Assembly: GCF_009914755.1 (NCBI RefSeq)
Contig: NC_060935.1
From: the human T2T-CHM13v2.0 reference genome, Homo sapiens
Length of the DNA: 64,000 nt
Direction: 5' to 3' (one strand)
Below the pieces are notes generated by a model. That model worked only from the letters and a program-made list of their open reading frames with translations, was not told the DNA's origin and made no database searches. A program made the translations under genes and the position numbers. This document shows, one piece after another, positions 24,800 to 38,812 of this stretch (position 1 is the stretch's first letter; the number at the start of each line of letters is the position of its first letter).

Positions 24800-26220
24800 T
24801 GCAGTTAACGTAAAAGCAAATATGAGATATACAAAGAAACATAAATGTATTTTGATACCCAGGAAAGAATAACTAATTAACAGGCATTGTATTTGACAGG
24901 GCCAGGATGTTAGACTTAGCAGAAAAAAAAATCAGAGCACCTATGATAAATATTTGCCAAAAAAATGAAAGGAAACCGTGATGAAAGGTTTGGTGGTATT
25001 ATGTCATCAGATAAAAAAAAGAACTGCCAATAAAGATATAGAAATATAAAAAATTGAAATTCTGAAGTTGTAAAATGAGTAAACAAATTTTACTAGAAAA
25101 GCTAAGCAGTAGATTTAAGCTCACAGAAGAAAGCATTAGCAAACTTGAAGGTAGATCAATATCTGCACCCAAATGTGAAAAGCAGAGAAGAAAAATAAAG
25201 AAGAAAAATTTTCAAAAAGCTTCAGAGAAATGTGGGACAACATTAAGCACACCAACATATAGCTACTGAGATTATCAGAGAGAGGAGAAAGACAAATGAG
25301 CAGAAAAAGTACATGAAGAAATAGTGTCCAAACACTTTCCAAATTATATTAAAATATTAAATTACACATCCAAGAAACTCAGTGGATTCTAAATAGAATA
25401 AATGCAAAGAGATCTACACACAGACACATCATAGTAAAACCATCAAAAAACAAATATATTAAGAAAATATTAAAAGTAGCCAGAAAAAAATGTACTTTTC
25501 ACATTTAAAAAAGCCCAGTGATATTAACCACTCTCTTATCATCAGAAACAGTGGAGTCCAGAGGTCAATTGGATGAAATAGTCAAAGTACTAGGGAAAAA
25601 AATCAGCCAAATTTTTAAATCTGGCAATACTGTCTTCAAGAAATGATCAACAAAAACCAAGAGGTATTTTTTCTGACAAATGTGCATTATAAGAAATAGC
25701 AGGGGAAATTCTTTACATTGAAATCAACTGATGCCAGACAGTAATTTGAATGTACACATGACAAAAAGAATCTGTAAAGGTAATTATGTAGGGATGTATA
25801 AAAGAGAGTATAATTGCATACTTCTTTCTCCTCTCACCTATTTAAAGAGCAATTGCATAACACAATATATATTTAATTGTATTGTTGGGCCTATTACATG
25901 TAACAATGTAATATATTTGGTAGTAACAACACAAGTATGGTGAATGAGGTCAGAGGTGTATTACAGTATAAAAAAATTCAGGTCACAATATGAATCCACA
26001 GGAAGCAATGAAGATATTAAATAATAGTAAATAAAAATGTAAATACAACAAACCTTATAAATATATGCTTAGTCTCCTTTCTTCTTCCAGCTTTTTAAAA
26101 ACTTAAAATAATCTAAATTAATAATTGTAACAATAAATTGTTGTGTTTGTAATATATAAAGATATAATAGGTATAACAACAACAGCGAAAAAAAAGTATG
26201 AAATAATTATTTAAGCATTG
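24800..26220 (+). mobile_element. Old L1M ORF1/inter-ORF fragment
   Basis: ORF1-like remnant LSSRFKLTEESISKLEGRSI (ORF 25075..25269); cacatccaagaaactcagtggattctaaatagaataaatgcaaagagatctacacacagacacatcatagtaaaac is typical L1 ORF1. Confidence 0.8.
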
Positions 26221-26224
26221 AGGT

Positions 26225-26440
26225 TACAGTATAATTACTCCTACAGATGTTCAGGCCATATTTCCCAGAAACTGTAAATATGTGACCTTAAATGACAAGT
26301 AAACTTTGATGATGTCATTAAATTAGAGGTATTCAGATGGAAAAGTTATTCTAGCTTGTCTGTATGAGTTCACTGTAATCAGAAGGGTTCCTACAGAGTA
26401 ACGTAGGAGGCTTTGGGTGATTCTAAAAGTATAAGTGATG
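26225..26440 (+). mobile_element. MLT1D-like LTR 5' fragment
   Basis: agatgttcaggcc...cccagaaactgtaaatatgtgaccttaaatgacaa...gatgtcattaaatt...gatggaaaagttattctag. Confidence 0.6.
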
Positions 26441-26444
26441 AAAG

Positions 26445-27578
26445 AAAAATAAATAGAAAAAATGTATACATTAAAATTAAAAACTTTGCACTGCAAAGTC
26501 TACCAATAAGAAAGACAACACGGATATAGAATAGATATTTACAAATCATATGTCTGATAAAGAAGTTGTACCCAGAATACATAAAGAATCCTTACAACTC
26601 AGTAACAAAAATATAAATGACCCAATTGTGCATTTATATAACACAATGTGCATATACATTTGCATATATATACATTGCATATATATACATTTGCATATAA
26701 AAATGTGCAAATGATCTGAATACATATTTTTCCAAAGATCTATAAATAGCCAGTAAGCACATGAATTGATGCTCCATATCATTAGAGAAATTACCCATTA
26801 GAGAAATGCAAATCAAGGCCTCAGTGAGCTACTACTTCAGACCTACCAGGGTAGCTTTAATATAATAGATAATGAAAAGTATTGGCCAGAATGTTCAAAA
26901 CTTGGGACCCTCAAATGTTGTTGGTTCGAATGTAAAGTGATGCAGTCAGTTTGGAAAATATTTTGACATTTCCTCAAAACATTACACATAAAGTTACCAT
27001 AGTACCCAGCAATTCTACTCCTAGACATACTCATATACCCAAGATAAATGAAAGTGAAATAAACACACATCCACACAAAACTTGTACACAAATATTTAGA
27101 ACGGCATTACTTACAATAGCCAAACAATGGAACCAAGGCAAATGTTCAGTAACTGATTTATGGATAAGCAAAGTGTGTTATATAAATATAGTGGAGTATC
27201 ACTTGGTCCTAAAAAGGAATGAAGTGCTGATACATGCTAACACTTGGATGAACCTTGAAAATATTATGCCAGGTGAAAGAAGCCAATTTAAAAAGATGAT
27301 ATTGTGTGATTCCTTTGTATGAAATATCCAGAATAAGCAAATCTATAGAGACAATATATATGAGTAGTTGCCTTGGGCTGGGAAGTTGTAGGAGAAATGG
27401 TGAATGATTGCTACTGAATGCAGGACTTCTTTATAATGTTGATTTAAATATCCTAAAATTGGTTGTGGTGATGGTTGCACAACTCTGTGAACATACTAAA
27501 AGTCATAGAATTGTTCACTTTAAATGGATGGATTTTATGGTATGTGAATTATATCTCAAATCAAACTTTTAAAAAATT
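26445..27578 (+). mobile_element. L1MB-type ORF2 C-terminus plus 3' UTR
   Basis: ORF 26951..27322 contains KTCTQIFRTALLTIAKQWNQGKCS (L1 ORF2 C-terminus); 3' UTR ggtgatggttgcacaactctgtgaacatactaaaa...tgtgaattatatctcaa. Confidence 0.88.
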
Positions 27579-29654
27579 ATATTGCCCCCGCAAATTGTTG
27601 ACCTGCTATTTTCTTCCATATTCTTAGTAAAATATACTGGAAAACAGAGAAAATAAAAGCAAGAAGGAAAGGTCAACCTGTGGTCAAAATTAGAAGTTTT
27701 TAGTAATTGCAATTTGAGAGGAATCATATTTTAAAAATACAATTTGTGTAGTCTCTTCTCAGCCAAGTCAAAAAAAAAAAAAAAAAAAAAAGCAAAAGTG
27801 GTAGCTGACCACTCCTTAAACTTCTCTAGATAGGTAGACATAACGTTTTATTTAAAACAAATTATTTGTAATACTGGGCTGAAAAGTAAATTTATGTCAA
27901 CCTTGAAAATGAGCTACTGCTCTTCCCTGTGTGTACTAATTTTTCTTCATCCATTTTAGTTCTTTCTCAACATTGGTTTCTTCCTTCAACATTCTTCTTT
28001 CTTCAATATTGGTTTCTCATCAGGAGAGAGAGATACTCAGAAAACAACAAGCCAGCATGGATTTAGGGAGGAAGTTGTGGTGAGGAATGACATCTTGGGA
28101 GCTGCAAAAATCGTAGTTCAGAGGAGAGATGGGGAACTAAAAGGGATTATATTAACAGTGCATAATAAAGTCTGTTATTTCTCCCGAACTGCACCTGTTT
28201 AGGGTGAGAGCAGGCCAGAAAGTGAGATTTGAGAAATGTGCAATCTCAGACCTGAATAACTGCATGAATTAAAGTTGGCTAGATATGAAAATTAAACTAA
28301 AAGTTTTGCAAACAAAATTGCCATCCTGCTGTAGATATGAAAACAGAATTCAGACAGCATCCATATTGCTGGAGGGTGAAGTCAAAAGCCATGCTACAGT
28401 AAAATGGACTAATTGAATTTCCTATTAAAAAGAAAACTCTAGAGTCTTCATAGTTCTCATGGTTAAAGGTTACATTCTCTGGAGATTATATACATATACA
28501 TGTATATATATGTATAATTAAAAAGCCAAGTATCTCAGAAAGACTGTTTCTTTTAATAACATTTAAATAAAATAATAATTGTTAACAAGAAACAGAGGAA
28601 GTAAAAGTTTAAACTTTGCTTCTAAGTGGTTTATTTCTACTCCTCCTCTTTTTAAACAGCATGCAGCAGTACAGTAATTTATGAACCACATTAGTTAATA
28701 CAAAGGATATTGGTAACATATTTTTAAATTTTTTAAATTCACATATTTTAATTGAAAATTGTCAATAAAATTAGTAACATTCTAACTGAAAGTAATTTTA
28801 GTGTTGTTGTGGTTCAAATAAATGTTCACAGAAATTGAACTGAGAGGAAATTATTTGTGTATTATTTGTTCAAGGAAAAGATGGTTTGAATCCCAATACA
28901 GTATTCCATCCATGTTTAGTGTCTCTTGATCAAACATTCAATTCAACACACATTTATTGGCACTACTATGGCCAAGAGTTGCTGAATGTTGAAAAACGTT
29001 TTAAATGTACTAGGAGATATGACTTATTTTAATAATACTATGCTTTGTTTTTCAAAAAAATTAATAGTAACATTTATGGTTTCTTCCTTATAAATTAACA
29101 TTCTCATTTGAGTTTTCTCACAATATGGCACACAATTTAGTTCATATTTATACTCTGGATGTTGACTTTAAGCACAACAAACAAATAAAATAAACCCATA
29201 TACATCAAATGTCACTCATATGTTTGGTAATTACTTACTGGAGACCTGTTCTATTTTCCAGTGTAATCAATCACACAGACAGTAGGAAAACAGACAGTCA
29301 TTTCTTAGGACTTATGCAGACCTACAAGAGCATCACCTTGGCTTAGTTAGATGAAGATCTTCTGTTGTATGGAAAGCCTAGCCTGATGTTTGTATGTTCC
29401 TGGAAAATAAAAGGGCTCACATAAGTATGTTACTGGCAGACATCTCTACAAGCAATCCAGCCCTAGGCTTAGAGTCCATTCCAAAAATCAGATAACCTAT
29501 GAGTGTGGTCTGGCAATTCTTTTGATCTCTTTACCTGATCCTTCAGTGTGCAGGGTGTACTCACATATATTTTATTGGCCTTCAAGGCCAGCTCACTCTG
29601 CATCACCAGAAAATGGCTTACCTTTACTTGGGCTACAGCCCTTGAACTATAGCT

Positions 29655-29870
29655 AATAGAGATAATGATTACTATATTCTCGGCATTGTTTCAACCTTTC
29701 TAAAAGTTATTAGCTTCGTTAATTGTCACAACAACACTGTGAGGTGGATATTGTTACTATTACCTTTTATTTTACAGATTCTTTTTTAAGTGGAGCATAG
29801 GGAGGTTGAGTAACTTCTTGCATTTAAACCCAGGTCACCTGGGCAGCAGCCTTCATGTCCTAAATCACCA
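29655..29870 (-). mobile_element. MIR
   Basis: cacaacaacactgtgaggtggatattgttactattacc...ttttacagat...gggaggttgagtaactt...atttaaacccaggtc. Confidence 0.65.
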
Positions 29871-32057
29871 TGTTTCAACCATCCAGCAATCTTTCCGCAA
29901 AGTGACAGTGGAAGTACTCTAAGGTGCTAAGGTGCAGTGAACCAGACTGAAATTCAACAAGTACCCTCAGGAGTTTGGCCTGGCACATAAGAAAGAAATT
30001 GTAAGAGGATGTGCATTTTAGCCAGTTCTCTTGACTTCTTGTAATTACAGAAAGAAAAGGCAATACTGTTTGATTTTTGTTTCTTGGTTTCTTTGTTTTT
30101 CTTATAAGATGAGAAAACAAGGGAGACATCAGATCTCATACCTTATTTTAACAAGCTTTTATATTATCATTTTCAATTTATAATTACTCCAAAATTCAGG
30201 GAACATAAACATTTAGGAGTCATTTTTTAAACGATTCTTATAATATAGCTTTTTCTTTATTTTTATTCTTCTCTTAATTTTCTCCACAACTTATTTTTTT
30301 TATACTGGTCCTCACTGCCTTTATTCAAACTGAAGACTTTCCAGCACTTTAAAGTATTATTTGTATAAGGTAGTTAAAACATTTTATAAAATTGCATCTT
30401 GAGTTATATATTTTAAAAGAGTCATCTACTCAATGAAAGAATCTTTAGAGCTCAGATTTGTAGCCAAGACAGTTTTTGTGTGAGAAAAATGCATAAACTT
30501 ATTTAGCATGCAAGTCTAATGCTGTGAATTACTCTGATCCATCCTTTTGGATACCTAAAATGAATAATGCCGAAGTTGCAATACAAATAAAACAACCCTG
30601 AGAAAATTTGGGTAGAATATGCTTAAGGCATCAGATTTAAATTTCCTAAAACTAATATATTCTAATAAGGTATAACTAGAGTATGTGAGAAAGGATTTTG
30701 GTATTGAATTTGAGTCTAATTTGGCCTTGTATTTGACCTATTTGTCTTATCAGAACTTAATGGCTGCCTTTATTTCAAGAAATGTCCAGTATATGAGAAA
30801 TTTTGAAATTCATTACATTCTTCTAGCATGCAACTTATTAGCCAAATATCCCAGTAGCCATTATGAGAACAGGAACACAGGAGCCATAGATGTAGTACAC
30901 CTTTAAGCTGTCATTTAGTGAGTGCCCATCTCAAATGGCATTCTCAAACTCAGAATCTTAGAGTATGTGAACAGTCCCAAATATCTGAGAAACAGCCTTA
31001 TCTTCCATAAAGTATTAATGAACTCATACAAAACAGGCGTGATACTGTTGTGAGACTGGGGTATTCTAGAAAACTGGCAAGCTGGTAATACAATGAAGAC
31101 TGAGGAAATCCCAGTAGCTCTTCAGACTCCATTAGTTTTTTGAGAGATTGATTTCCTTTCATGATATACAGGAACAATATCTCTTTGAAAAGTGGAAGGC
31201 TTTGGCTGTATACCCTGGAATACAATGTCATTTCAGATTTCAAAGCTATTGTCTAAAACAAAGATCTATGAAAGAAAACAAACCTCTTTGTCTAAGTCAT
31301 TAGAATATCCATGACATATAGTCATGGATAATTATTTGCTTCTGAACAGAAAACAATAGTTAATAGAGTAATGAAAAAATGTGGTTAAATTTTTTCAACA
31401 TCATATAAAAAGCAATTAATTTTTAGGTAACTCGAATTTAAAGTGATTTCCAATTGCATATTTAAAAGCACAAAGTAAGAAGACCCATTGACCAAGTTAC
31501 AGCATACATTTTAGTGATGCTTGAAAAGAGACAAGCAAGAAAATGGAATCCCAATGACCAATAAAACTAGTGTAAGGTTGGTTTCTGAAGTCCTGAAGCA
31601 GATGAGAACTAGTCATAGTGGTTCAAGCATCCAGACTGCTCTATGTCTCACATACTTAAAACTTTCCAAGGCGGTATCTTAGAATTTCACTTGAGCCCCA
31701 GATTTTGTCACTTGTGACAAGACAGTATTACCAATAATAAGGATAGTCATTACATTAATGCAAAAGCAAACTGCCTGCACCATCACTTTTTGATGGAATA
31801 TATACTAGATATGGGTAATTGATAAATACCTGGTCAGTTACACATAGTTGCTGAAATAGTAATAACTAAAAAAATTGGCACCCTAACCTGCAGAAACCAA
31901 GATTTAGAACTCGCTACCTGAATAGACAAAGCTTTGCTCCACATCTTGACCTCCCATCTCAGGATACTCTTTCAATTCTAGCCAATGATCAAGCAGATCT
32001 GTGTTCTTGGAGTTTTGGGTAAGAAATCATGGATGCTATATTATTAAAAACTCATTC

Positions 32058-32532
32058 AGACACTTGCACACATATGTTTATTGCAGCACTACTCACAATA
32101 GCAAAGACTTGGAACCAACCCAAATGTCCATCAATGATAGGCTGGATTAAGAAAATGTGGCACATATACACCATGGAATACTATGCAGCCATAAAAAAGG
32201 ATGAGTTCATGTACTTTGTAGGGACATGGATGAACCTGGAAACCATCATTCTGAGCAAACTATCACAAGGATAGAAAACCAAACACCGCATGTTCTCACT
32301 CATAGGTGGGAATTGAACAAGGAGAACACTTGGACACAGGATGGGGAACATCACACACCAGGGCTTGTTGTGGGGTGGTTGGGGGGCGGGGGATAGCATT
32401 AGGAGATACACCTAATGTAAATGACGAATTAATGGGTGCAGCACACCAACATGGCACATGTATACATATGTAACACACCTGCACATTGTGCACATGTACC
32501 CTAGAACTTAAAGTACAATTAAAAAAATTTTA
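32058..32532 (+). mobile_element. 5'-truncated L1PA (L1PA4/5-like) 3' end
   Basis: Canonical ORF2 C-terminus DTCTHMFIAALLTIAKTWNQPKCPSMIGWIKKMWHIYTMEYYAAIKKDEFM plus primate 3' UTR and A-rich tail; imperfect TSD aaaaactcattc (32046) and aaaaactggttc (32533). Confidence 0.95.
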
Positions 32533-33916
32533 AAAAACTGGTTCCCATTGTCTGAGGAGAAGATGTTATCTCATGTCCTCCTTAATTGATCTAGGAGCAT
32601 TGTTAGCACTCAAAAAGTTGTGTCAGCAAGGTAAAATGTGATTGTGGCACGTTCAATTTAAAGAATGTATGTATCTTGGGAGAAAATAATAGATGCAGTG
32701 ATTTCAACCACAAAGAATTATACTCAGTATTCTTTCTTAAATGCATGTAAGAAGATTTCATTACAAGGCGAGACCAAGTCTGATTTTTATCTAATGAACT
32801 AAAGCTTTCTGCCACTGAGTCATTTCAGTAACACACTTGAATACACAATGTATGGCCATGTCAGTCTCTGATAGATTAGCCAGCAAAGGGAATACTCAAG
32901 TTTGTTTAAGCTGGGTGATTGCAAATTTCTATTCTGTATATGTTATTTTAATGAAGTGCTCAAAAGAGAGATAACTTACAGTTAATGCTTAATATATGTC
33001 ATGAAGATTTCTTGGTTATATATTTAATTCTCAAAAATACCTGCAAAAAAATGTTTTCTAAAGTGTTCTACTGAGGGTAGGTGAAGCCCAAAAATTTATA
33101 ACTAAAAAACAAAAACATATTATAGTTCAAGATTCATTTCAGTCTAAAACATAGGGAATCTTTAAATACCTGCCTTAGTTGGGACACCAATGTTTATTTT
33201 TCACTATAATTTTTGTTGAAGTTTCTTAGTTGCGTATTCATAGAAGAGTGATGATTTGTTGAAACCTGAATCAAAAACATCTTAATTTCTCCAACCTTGA
33301 GGGCAAAGGCTGAAAGACAGTAAAAAAGAAAGCAAATGGGAAACGCTAAAATAACTTATATTGTTAACAGTATTTTTTTTCTATGCATGAAGTATAGAGA
33401 TTAGGAAGGAGATGCTGTCACTAGATTATGATTACTTCATATAAAGGTCTATGTCTTACTCATCTTTGTGTCCATAGGATCCTAACACAGTATCTACTAT
33501 CTGAATAGACACTCAAAACATACTTCCAACATATTTTTTTTTGGACTGTATATGTCTAGAAGTTTACGAGTTTATGTAAGATTGACTTCATTCTTGCTTC
33601 ATGACATTTGGAATGTGCAGTTGTTCTCAAACTTGGATTCACACAGATGCCTGGGGGTCCCATGCCCAGAGACTATGGTTCAGTCTTGGGTAAAAGCCTG
33701 GGGACCACCATTTTTTAAAAGACTTCTAGGTGATTCTATTGTGCAGCAGGCTGGAGATTCACTACCATTGTCCAAAAGCAGTGATTCTCAATCCATAAAG
33801 TGCATGCAAATCATCTGGTGATCTTGTTAAAATGCAGATTCTGATCTAGAATGTTGGGAGCAGGGCCTGACATTTTTCATTTATAACAAGCATCCAACTG
33901 ATGATATTGCTGAGAG

Positions 33917-34008
33917 TAGGGTGGCCAACCATTCTGGTTTGCTGAGGATATGAGACTTCAGTGCTAACCCAGGAATGTTCTTGGTAAACTGGGACAACAG
34001 TAACCCTA
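33917..34008. mobile_element. MER81-like hAT-Blackjack MITE nested in a MER5
   Basis: Inverted ends tagggtggccaacc...gtaacccta with internal gacttcagtgctaa. Confidence 0.7.
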
Positions 34009-34193
34009 ATTGTGGGTCTGTGGACTACACTTTATGTGATAAGGTCCTAGGGCAGAGGTTCTCAAACTACAGCATGCTTTAGAATCATCCATAATGCTTT
34101 CTAAAACTCAGATTGCTGGTACCTACCCCCAGAATTTCTCCTTCTGTACAACTGAGTTAGATGTTGAGATTGTACATTTATTAAAAGTGCCTA

Positions 34194-34515
<322 letters not shown>

Positions 34516-34813
34516 CTAGTTTGGGGCTGCTGTTTGTGAACCACTATTCTAAACCACCATTAGTCAAACTTGTCTGCAGATTCGTTTTGCATGGAGAGGC
34601 TTTTGAACTACTGTTGCCTGGGCCTCAACACCAGTGGTTGTTCTAGGGTCCATCCTAGGATTTTACAATGTACCCCAAGTAGTTTTAATGTGCAGTCGAG
34701 TTTGAGATTGACAGTGAATATGTATCTTATAATTATCTGCAGTTCAAATATGAATTAGTTTTTGCATATTTGACATTCATGTTTGTTCATGTCACACTCA
34801 TGATCACAGAGAG

Positions 34814-35025
34814 TGATCAGCCTGGGCAACATAGTAAGAGCCTGTTTCTACAAAAAGTACACACACGAAAAATATCCAGATATGGTAGCGCATTCCTGAG
34901 GTTCTAGCTACTAGGGAGGCTGAGGCAGAAGGATTGCTTGAGCCCAGGAGTGTGAGGTTGCAGTGAGCTACAATTGTGTCACTGCACTCCAGCCTGGCCA
35001 ACAGAATAAGGCCCCATCTCTAAAA
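34814..35025 (+). mobile_element. 5'-truncated AluJ
   Basis: cagcctgggcaacatagtaagag...aggattgcttgagcccaggag...cactgcactccagcctgg. Confidence 0.9.
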
Positions 35026-35516
35026 TGTTTTCTTCTATTTTATTTCACATTCTCTGTATTTTTTAAATTTTATGTCATTAAAAATGTATTTTATTATCAT
35101 GTTAGCGTCATTTTTGGAAGGAGTTGTGGTACAGTGGAAAACCATGAACCCCTCTAATTTTTGTTGTACAAGTACAAGTGGTGAAAATACAATGCTTGTA
35201 GTCTTTTCCTGCTTGGAAAGAAGTGTTGTCCTCATCTCATAGACCATCCTTTCTTAGTTAGGAAAGGTGAGATAAGAATGGCTGTTACAGAAAATAAGAC
35301 CATTTTGGCTTATGTAACCTGAGCAAGAGGTGCTCTTCCTGGTACACACTTACTTAGTTCAGCAGGCTACCACACGAAAGTTCGAGGTCAAAATTCCAGC
35401 TAGTAATCAGAATTTCTTTGTCTCTTATTGTCCTCTGGGAATATAATTTCCTTGGCATATTGCAGAACTGGTAAATTAGTAAGTAAAACATCATTTGTGC
35501 ATTCCTGAGTTTTCTG

Positions 35517-35561
<45 letters not shown>

Positions 35562-35596
35562 GTATATATATATACATATATATAAAACATATATAT
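35517..35596. repeat. (TA)n(CA)n(TA)n compound microsatellite
   Basis: Read directly; about 16 CA units. Confidence 0.92.
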
Positions 35597-35654
35597 GTCC
35601 TTCAACATATGTAACTATGAATAACTATGCTGTATACATACAGTTTCCAATTTG

Positions 35655-35907
35655 CAGTTTCAATATAGTATACAGTATTCAATGAATTATGTTAGATATT
35701 CATATTTTATTATGAAAGTGGCTTTGTGTTAGATAATTTTGCCCAACTGTAGGCTAATGTAAGTGTTCTTAGCACGTTTAAGGTAGGTTAGGCTAAGATA
35801 TAATGTTTGATAAGTTAGGTATATTAAATGAATTTTAGACTTAGAATATTTTCAACTGATGATGAGTTTTCCTGGACATAACCCCATTGTAAGTTGAGAA
35901 ACATCTG
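35655..35907 (-). mobile_element. MER47A-like Tigger-family element
   Basis: Reverse complement begins cagatgtttctcaacttacaatggggttatgtcc and includes cttagcctaacctaccttaaacgtgctaagaacacttacattagcctacagttgggcaaaat; TA flank. Confidence 0.82.
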
Positions 35908-37134
35908 TATGTCTACTATGTATACACACACACACACACAATTTTCAAAATATAAATTTCAAGAATATTACACACTTAAATTTTAATAGTCTTTTGCTGG
36001 ATTATAGGAATTTAGGTGTATTCTTCATTTATATTTTCCAAGTTATCTACCAAAGAATATATATTGCATGTTTAATAAGGAAGAAGTGATAAAGAAATTG
36101 CAACTCAGGGACTCCACTTTTGGTGAATGTAAATGTTATCTGTTTCTTGAGATGTTAAAAAAAGTTAAGAGAAGATAATTATGAGAGAAGCTTGAACTGA
36201 ATGGGAAGTTCCTGCCATGCTTTAGGATCAATTATTAAATTCCAAGCTGGTGTCTAGGAAAACCAGGTTAAAATTGCCTTTCTACCAAGCTTGAAGTTAC
36301 CCTGCAGTCCTCTTTTCAGCTTCCTCGAAACTTGAGGAGATCTTTGGGACAGAAAATCAGTGGCAATGTTGCTATCTAGGGTGAATGGCTGTATTGCTCC
36401 CATCTCATGCCTAACAGAGAGTCCCTTGCCTGGGTGTTCTAACACAGAAGACATGTCTTTTTCTGAGGCTGCTGTGTACATTTTTTTCAATGCGTCTTGT
36501 CAACCTGGGCAAGAAAATGAGGACTAGAGGGGATTGTCATGAACATTGTTCAATGCACTTGCTCTGTCAAATTGTTTTTTAATATTTTACTCAGCCCAGA
36601 AATGAGTTTAACAGTTTTCTGTAGCACAGTAATTTCCAGAATGCATGTGTGAGGCCACTGAGCCGTTGTGTTCCTCATCAGAGTTAAAGGAATTGTATTA
36701 ATCTTTTCATAGTCTCCCTTCGCATACAGCAGAGTGACTGATTGCTTGGCATATGCTAGTGTGCCACATGGTACCAAACAGATGGAGACCATTCAGGCAG
36801 AAGCTGGGTCGAGCCAAGATGTGCTCCACAATTTTGTGTTTGTGAAGAGAAACAACTGGGCGGGCTTTCTTTGCTTCCTCTGGTATTTGGATTCTGAACT
36901 AGGAGGGGGGAAAAATCACCCTGAATTAATCGCTGTCACTTCTATTGATCTGGATTCTATTAAGTGAGAACACATTTGCAATTAATCCACAGAGGCAGAG
37001 CAACTCAAATAAATTAGTTTATGATGGGCATTATAAAATGTATCAAGAGATTTTGTTCTTTCATTTCAGAAATAGAAAATTATTAATGTTTTTGCAAACT
37101 TAATTCTCTTGCTCTTAATTTGTGTTGCACATCT

Positions 37135-38260
37135 CTGGTTCATTCATTTATTTTAGCAAATATTTGTAACACACTCATTATACCAGGCACTGATTTAAGA
37201 ACTGGAGATAATGTGAGAAATAAAAGGTAGAAGCCCTGGTACTCATATCACTTACATTTTAGTAGATAGGAAATAAAAATAGAAATAATCTAAATAAATT
37301 TAAAAAATATGTTAGGTGGTAAGTGCTACAGAGAATAACACAGGTTAGTAACACAGGGAAGAAACTACCTATGGAGCAGAAGGTTTATTATGTTTTTATT
37401 TATTATTATTATTATTATTGAGATGGGGGTCTCACTCTGTCACCTGGGCTGGAGCGCAGTGGTGTGATCTTGGCTCACTGCAGCCTCTGCTTCCCAGGCT
37501 CAATCGATCCTACCACCTCAGCCTCCTGAGTAGGTGGGACTACAGGAATATGCCACCATGCCAGGCTAATTTTTGTATTTTTTTGTGGACATGGGGTTTT
37601 GCCATGCTGCCCAGGCTGATCTCGAACTCCTCAGCTCAAGCAATCCACCTTCCTTGGCCTTCCAAATTGCTGGGATTACAGACATGAGCCACTGCACCCG
37701 GTCTGGTTTATTGTTTTATATAAGAAAATTATGGAAGCTATCCCCATTGAGGTGACACTTGAAAGTGAGTAAGACCTCTGCACAGAGGAGGAAAGAAAAT
37801 GTAAAGGTTCTGAGGTGAAGTCATGCAAGGCTACTTAGCATACTTGAGAAATAACAAAGGGCCGTTGCAGTTGAAGTAAGATGAGAAAGCAGGAAAGAGG
37901 TGAGAAAGCAGAAAGGAAGGCAGGTATCAGTTCATGTAGGGACTTTTAGGCATCTGTAAGGACTTAGATACTATTCTATGTGAGAAAGGAGACTACTTAG
38001 AGTACTTAAAACAAAGAAAGGACATACTTTGACTTACATTTCAAAGAGGTCAGCCTAGATGCTTGTTTGAGTTTTACAGAAAGACAACAGTTGATTCAGA
38101 CCTTATGGAAGAATTCAGTAACAATCAAGATGTAAGATGATAGTGGCATAGCCCAAGATGGTGGCAGAGAATTATGATAAGTAGTTGTATTCTGGATATA
38201 AGTTGAGAAAATTACGAACAGGGTTTGATGATATATCTATTGTGAGGTGAAAGATACAAA
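37135..38260 (-). mobile_element. L2 fragment interrupted by an AluJ
   Basis: ttcattcatttattttagcaaatatttg...ccaggcactgatttaagaactggagata...; resumes gaggtgacacttgaa...ggacttagatactattctatgtgaga. Confidence 0.75.
37396..37703 (-). mobile_element. AluJ
   Basis: (TTA)n tail, gagatgggggtctcactctgtcacc...gccactgcacccggtc; imperfect TSD ggtttatt on both sides. Confidence 0.95.
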
Positions 38261-38297
38261 AAAGGTTTAAAAGAATACTCCTTAAAATTATAATAGA

Positions 38298-38603
38298 GGC
38301 TGGTATTTCTGGAATGGTAGGACACAGACCTCTGAAAATTCTCCCTTTCAAAGAGGCAATAAGAATACTGTTAAAAATGGACAGAATAAATTTTTTCAGA
38401 ATTCTGAAAATTAACCAAAGACATGCAGCAATGTAGGGAGCATTTACTTAATAAAGATTGTTGAATCTTGGTAAAACCTGTAAATTTTTTGGTAAATTTT
38501 CCCTATTCCCATTACTCCTTTCCAATTCTATGGTAGACTTGAAAACTAAGAGTTGACACTCACGGGGAAAACCAGCAGGCTGGTAGCCACCTGAGGAAGC
38601 ACC
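38298..38603 (+). mobile_element. Old L1M 5' UTR-like fragment
   Basis: tttctggaatgg...ctctgaaaattctccc...aattttttcagaattctgaaaattaaccaaag resembles L1M4/MC/MD 5' regions. Confidence 0.5.
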
Positions 38604-38812
38604 AAGAAAAGATGGGCAAAAGATTTAAACAGACATTTCTTCAAAGAAGATATACAAGTGGATGATAATTACATAAAAATATACTCAGCATCATTAATCA
38701 TTATGGAAATGCAAGTCAAAAGCACAATGAGATACCACTTCACTCCCATATCGATGCCTGTAGTTTTAAAACATGAAAAATAATAAGTGTTAGCAAGGAT
38801 GTTGTGAAATTA

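Noticed and set aside
27770-27790. Isolated A21 run as a possible processed-pseudogene tail
   Set aside because: No upstream polyadenylation signal, recognisable transcript body or clear TSD.
32029-32274. ORF with strong similarity to a known protein C-terminus
   Set aside because: It is the L1 ORF2p C-terminus in a ~475-bp 5'-truncated L1PA; not a gene and not mobile.
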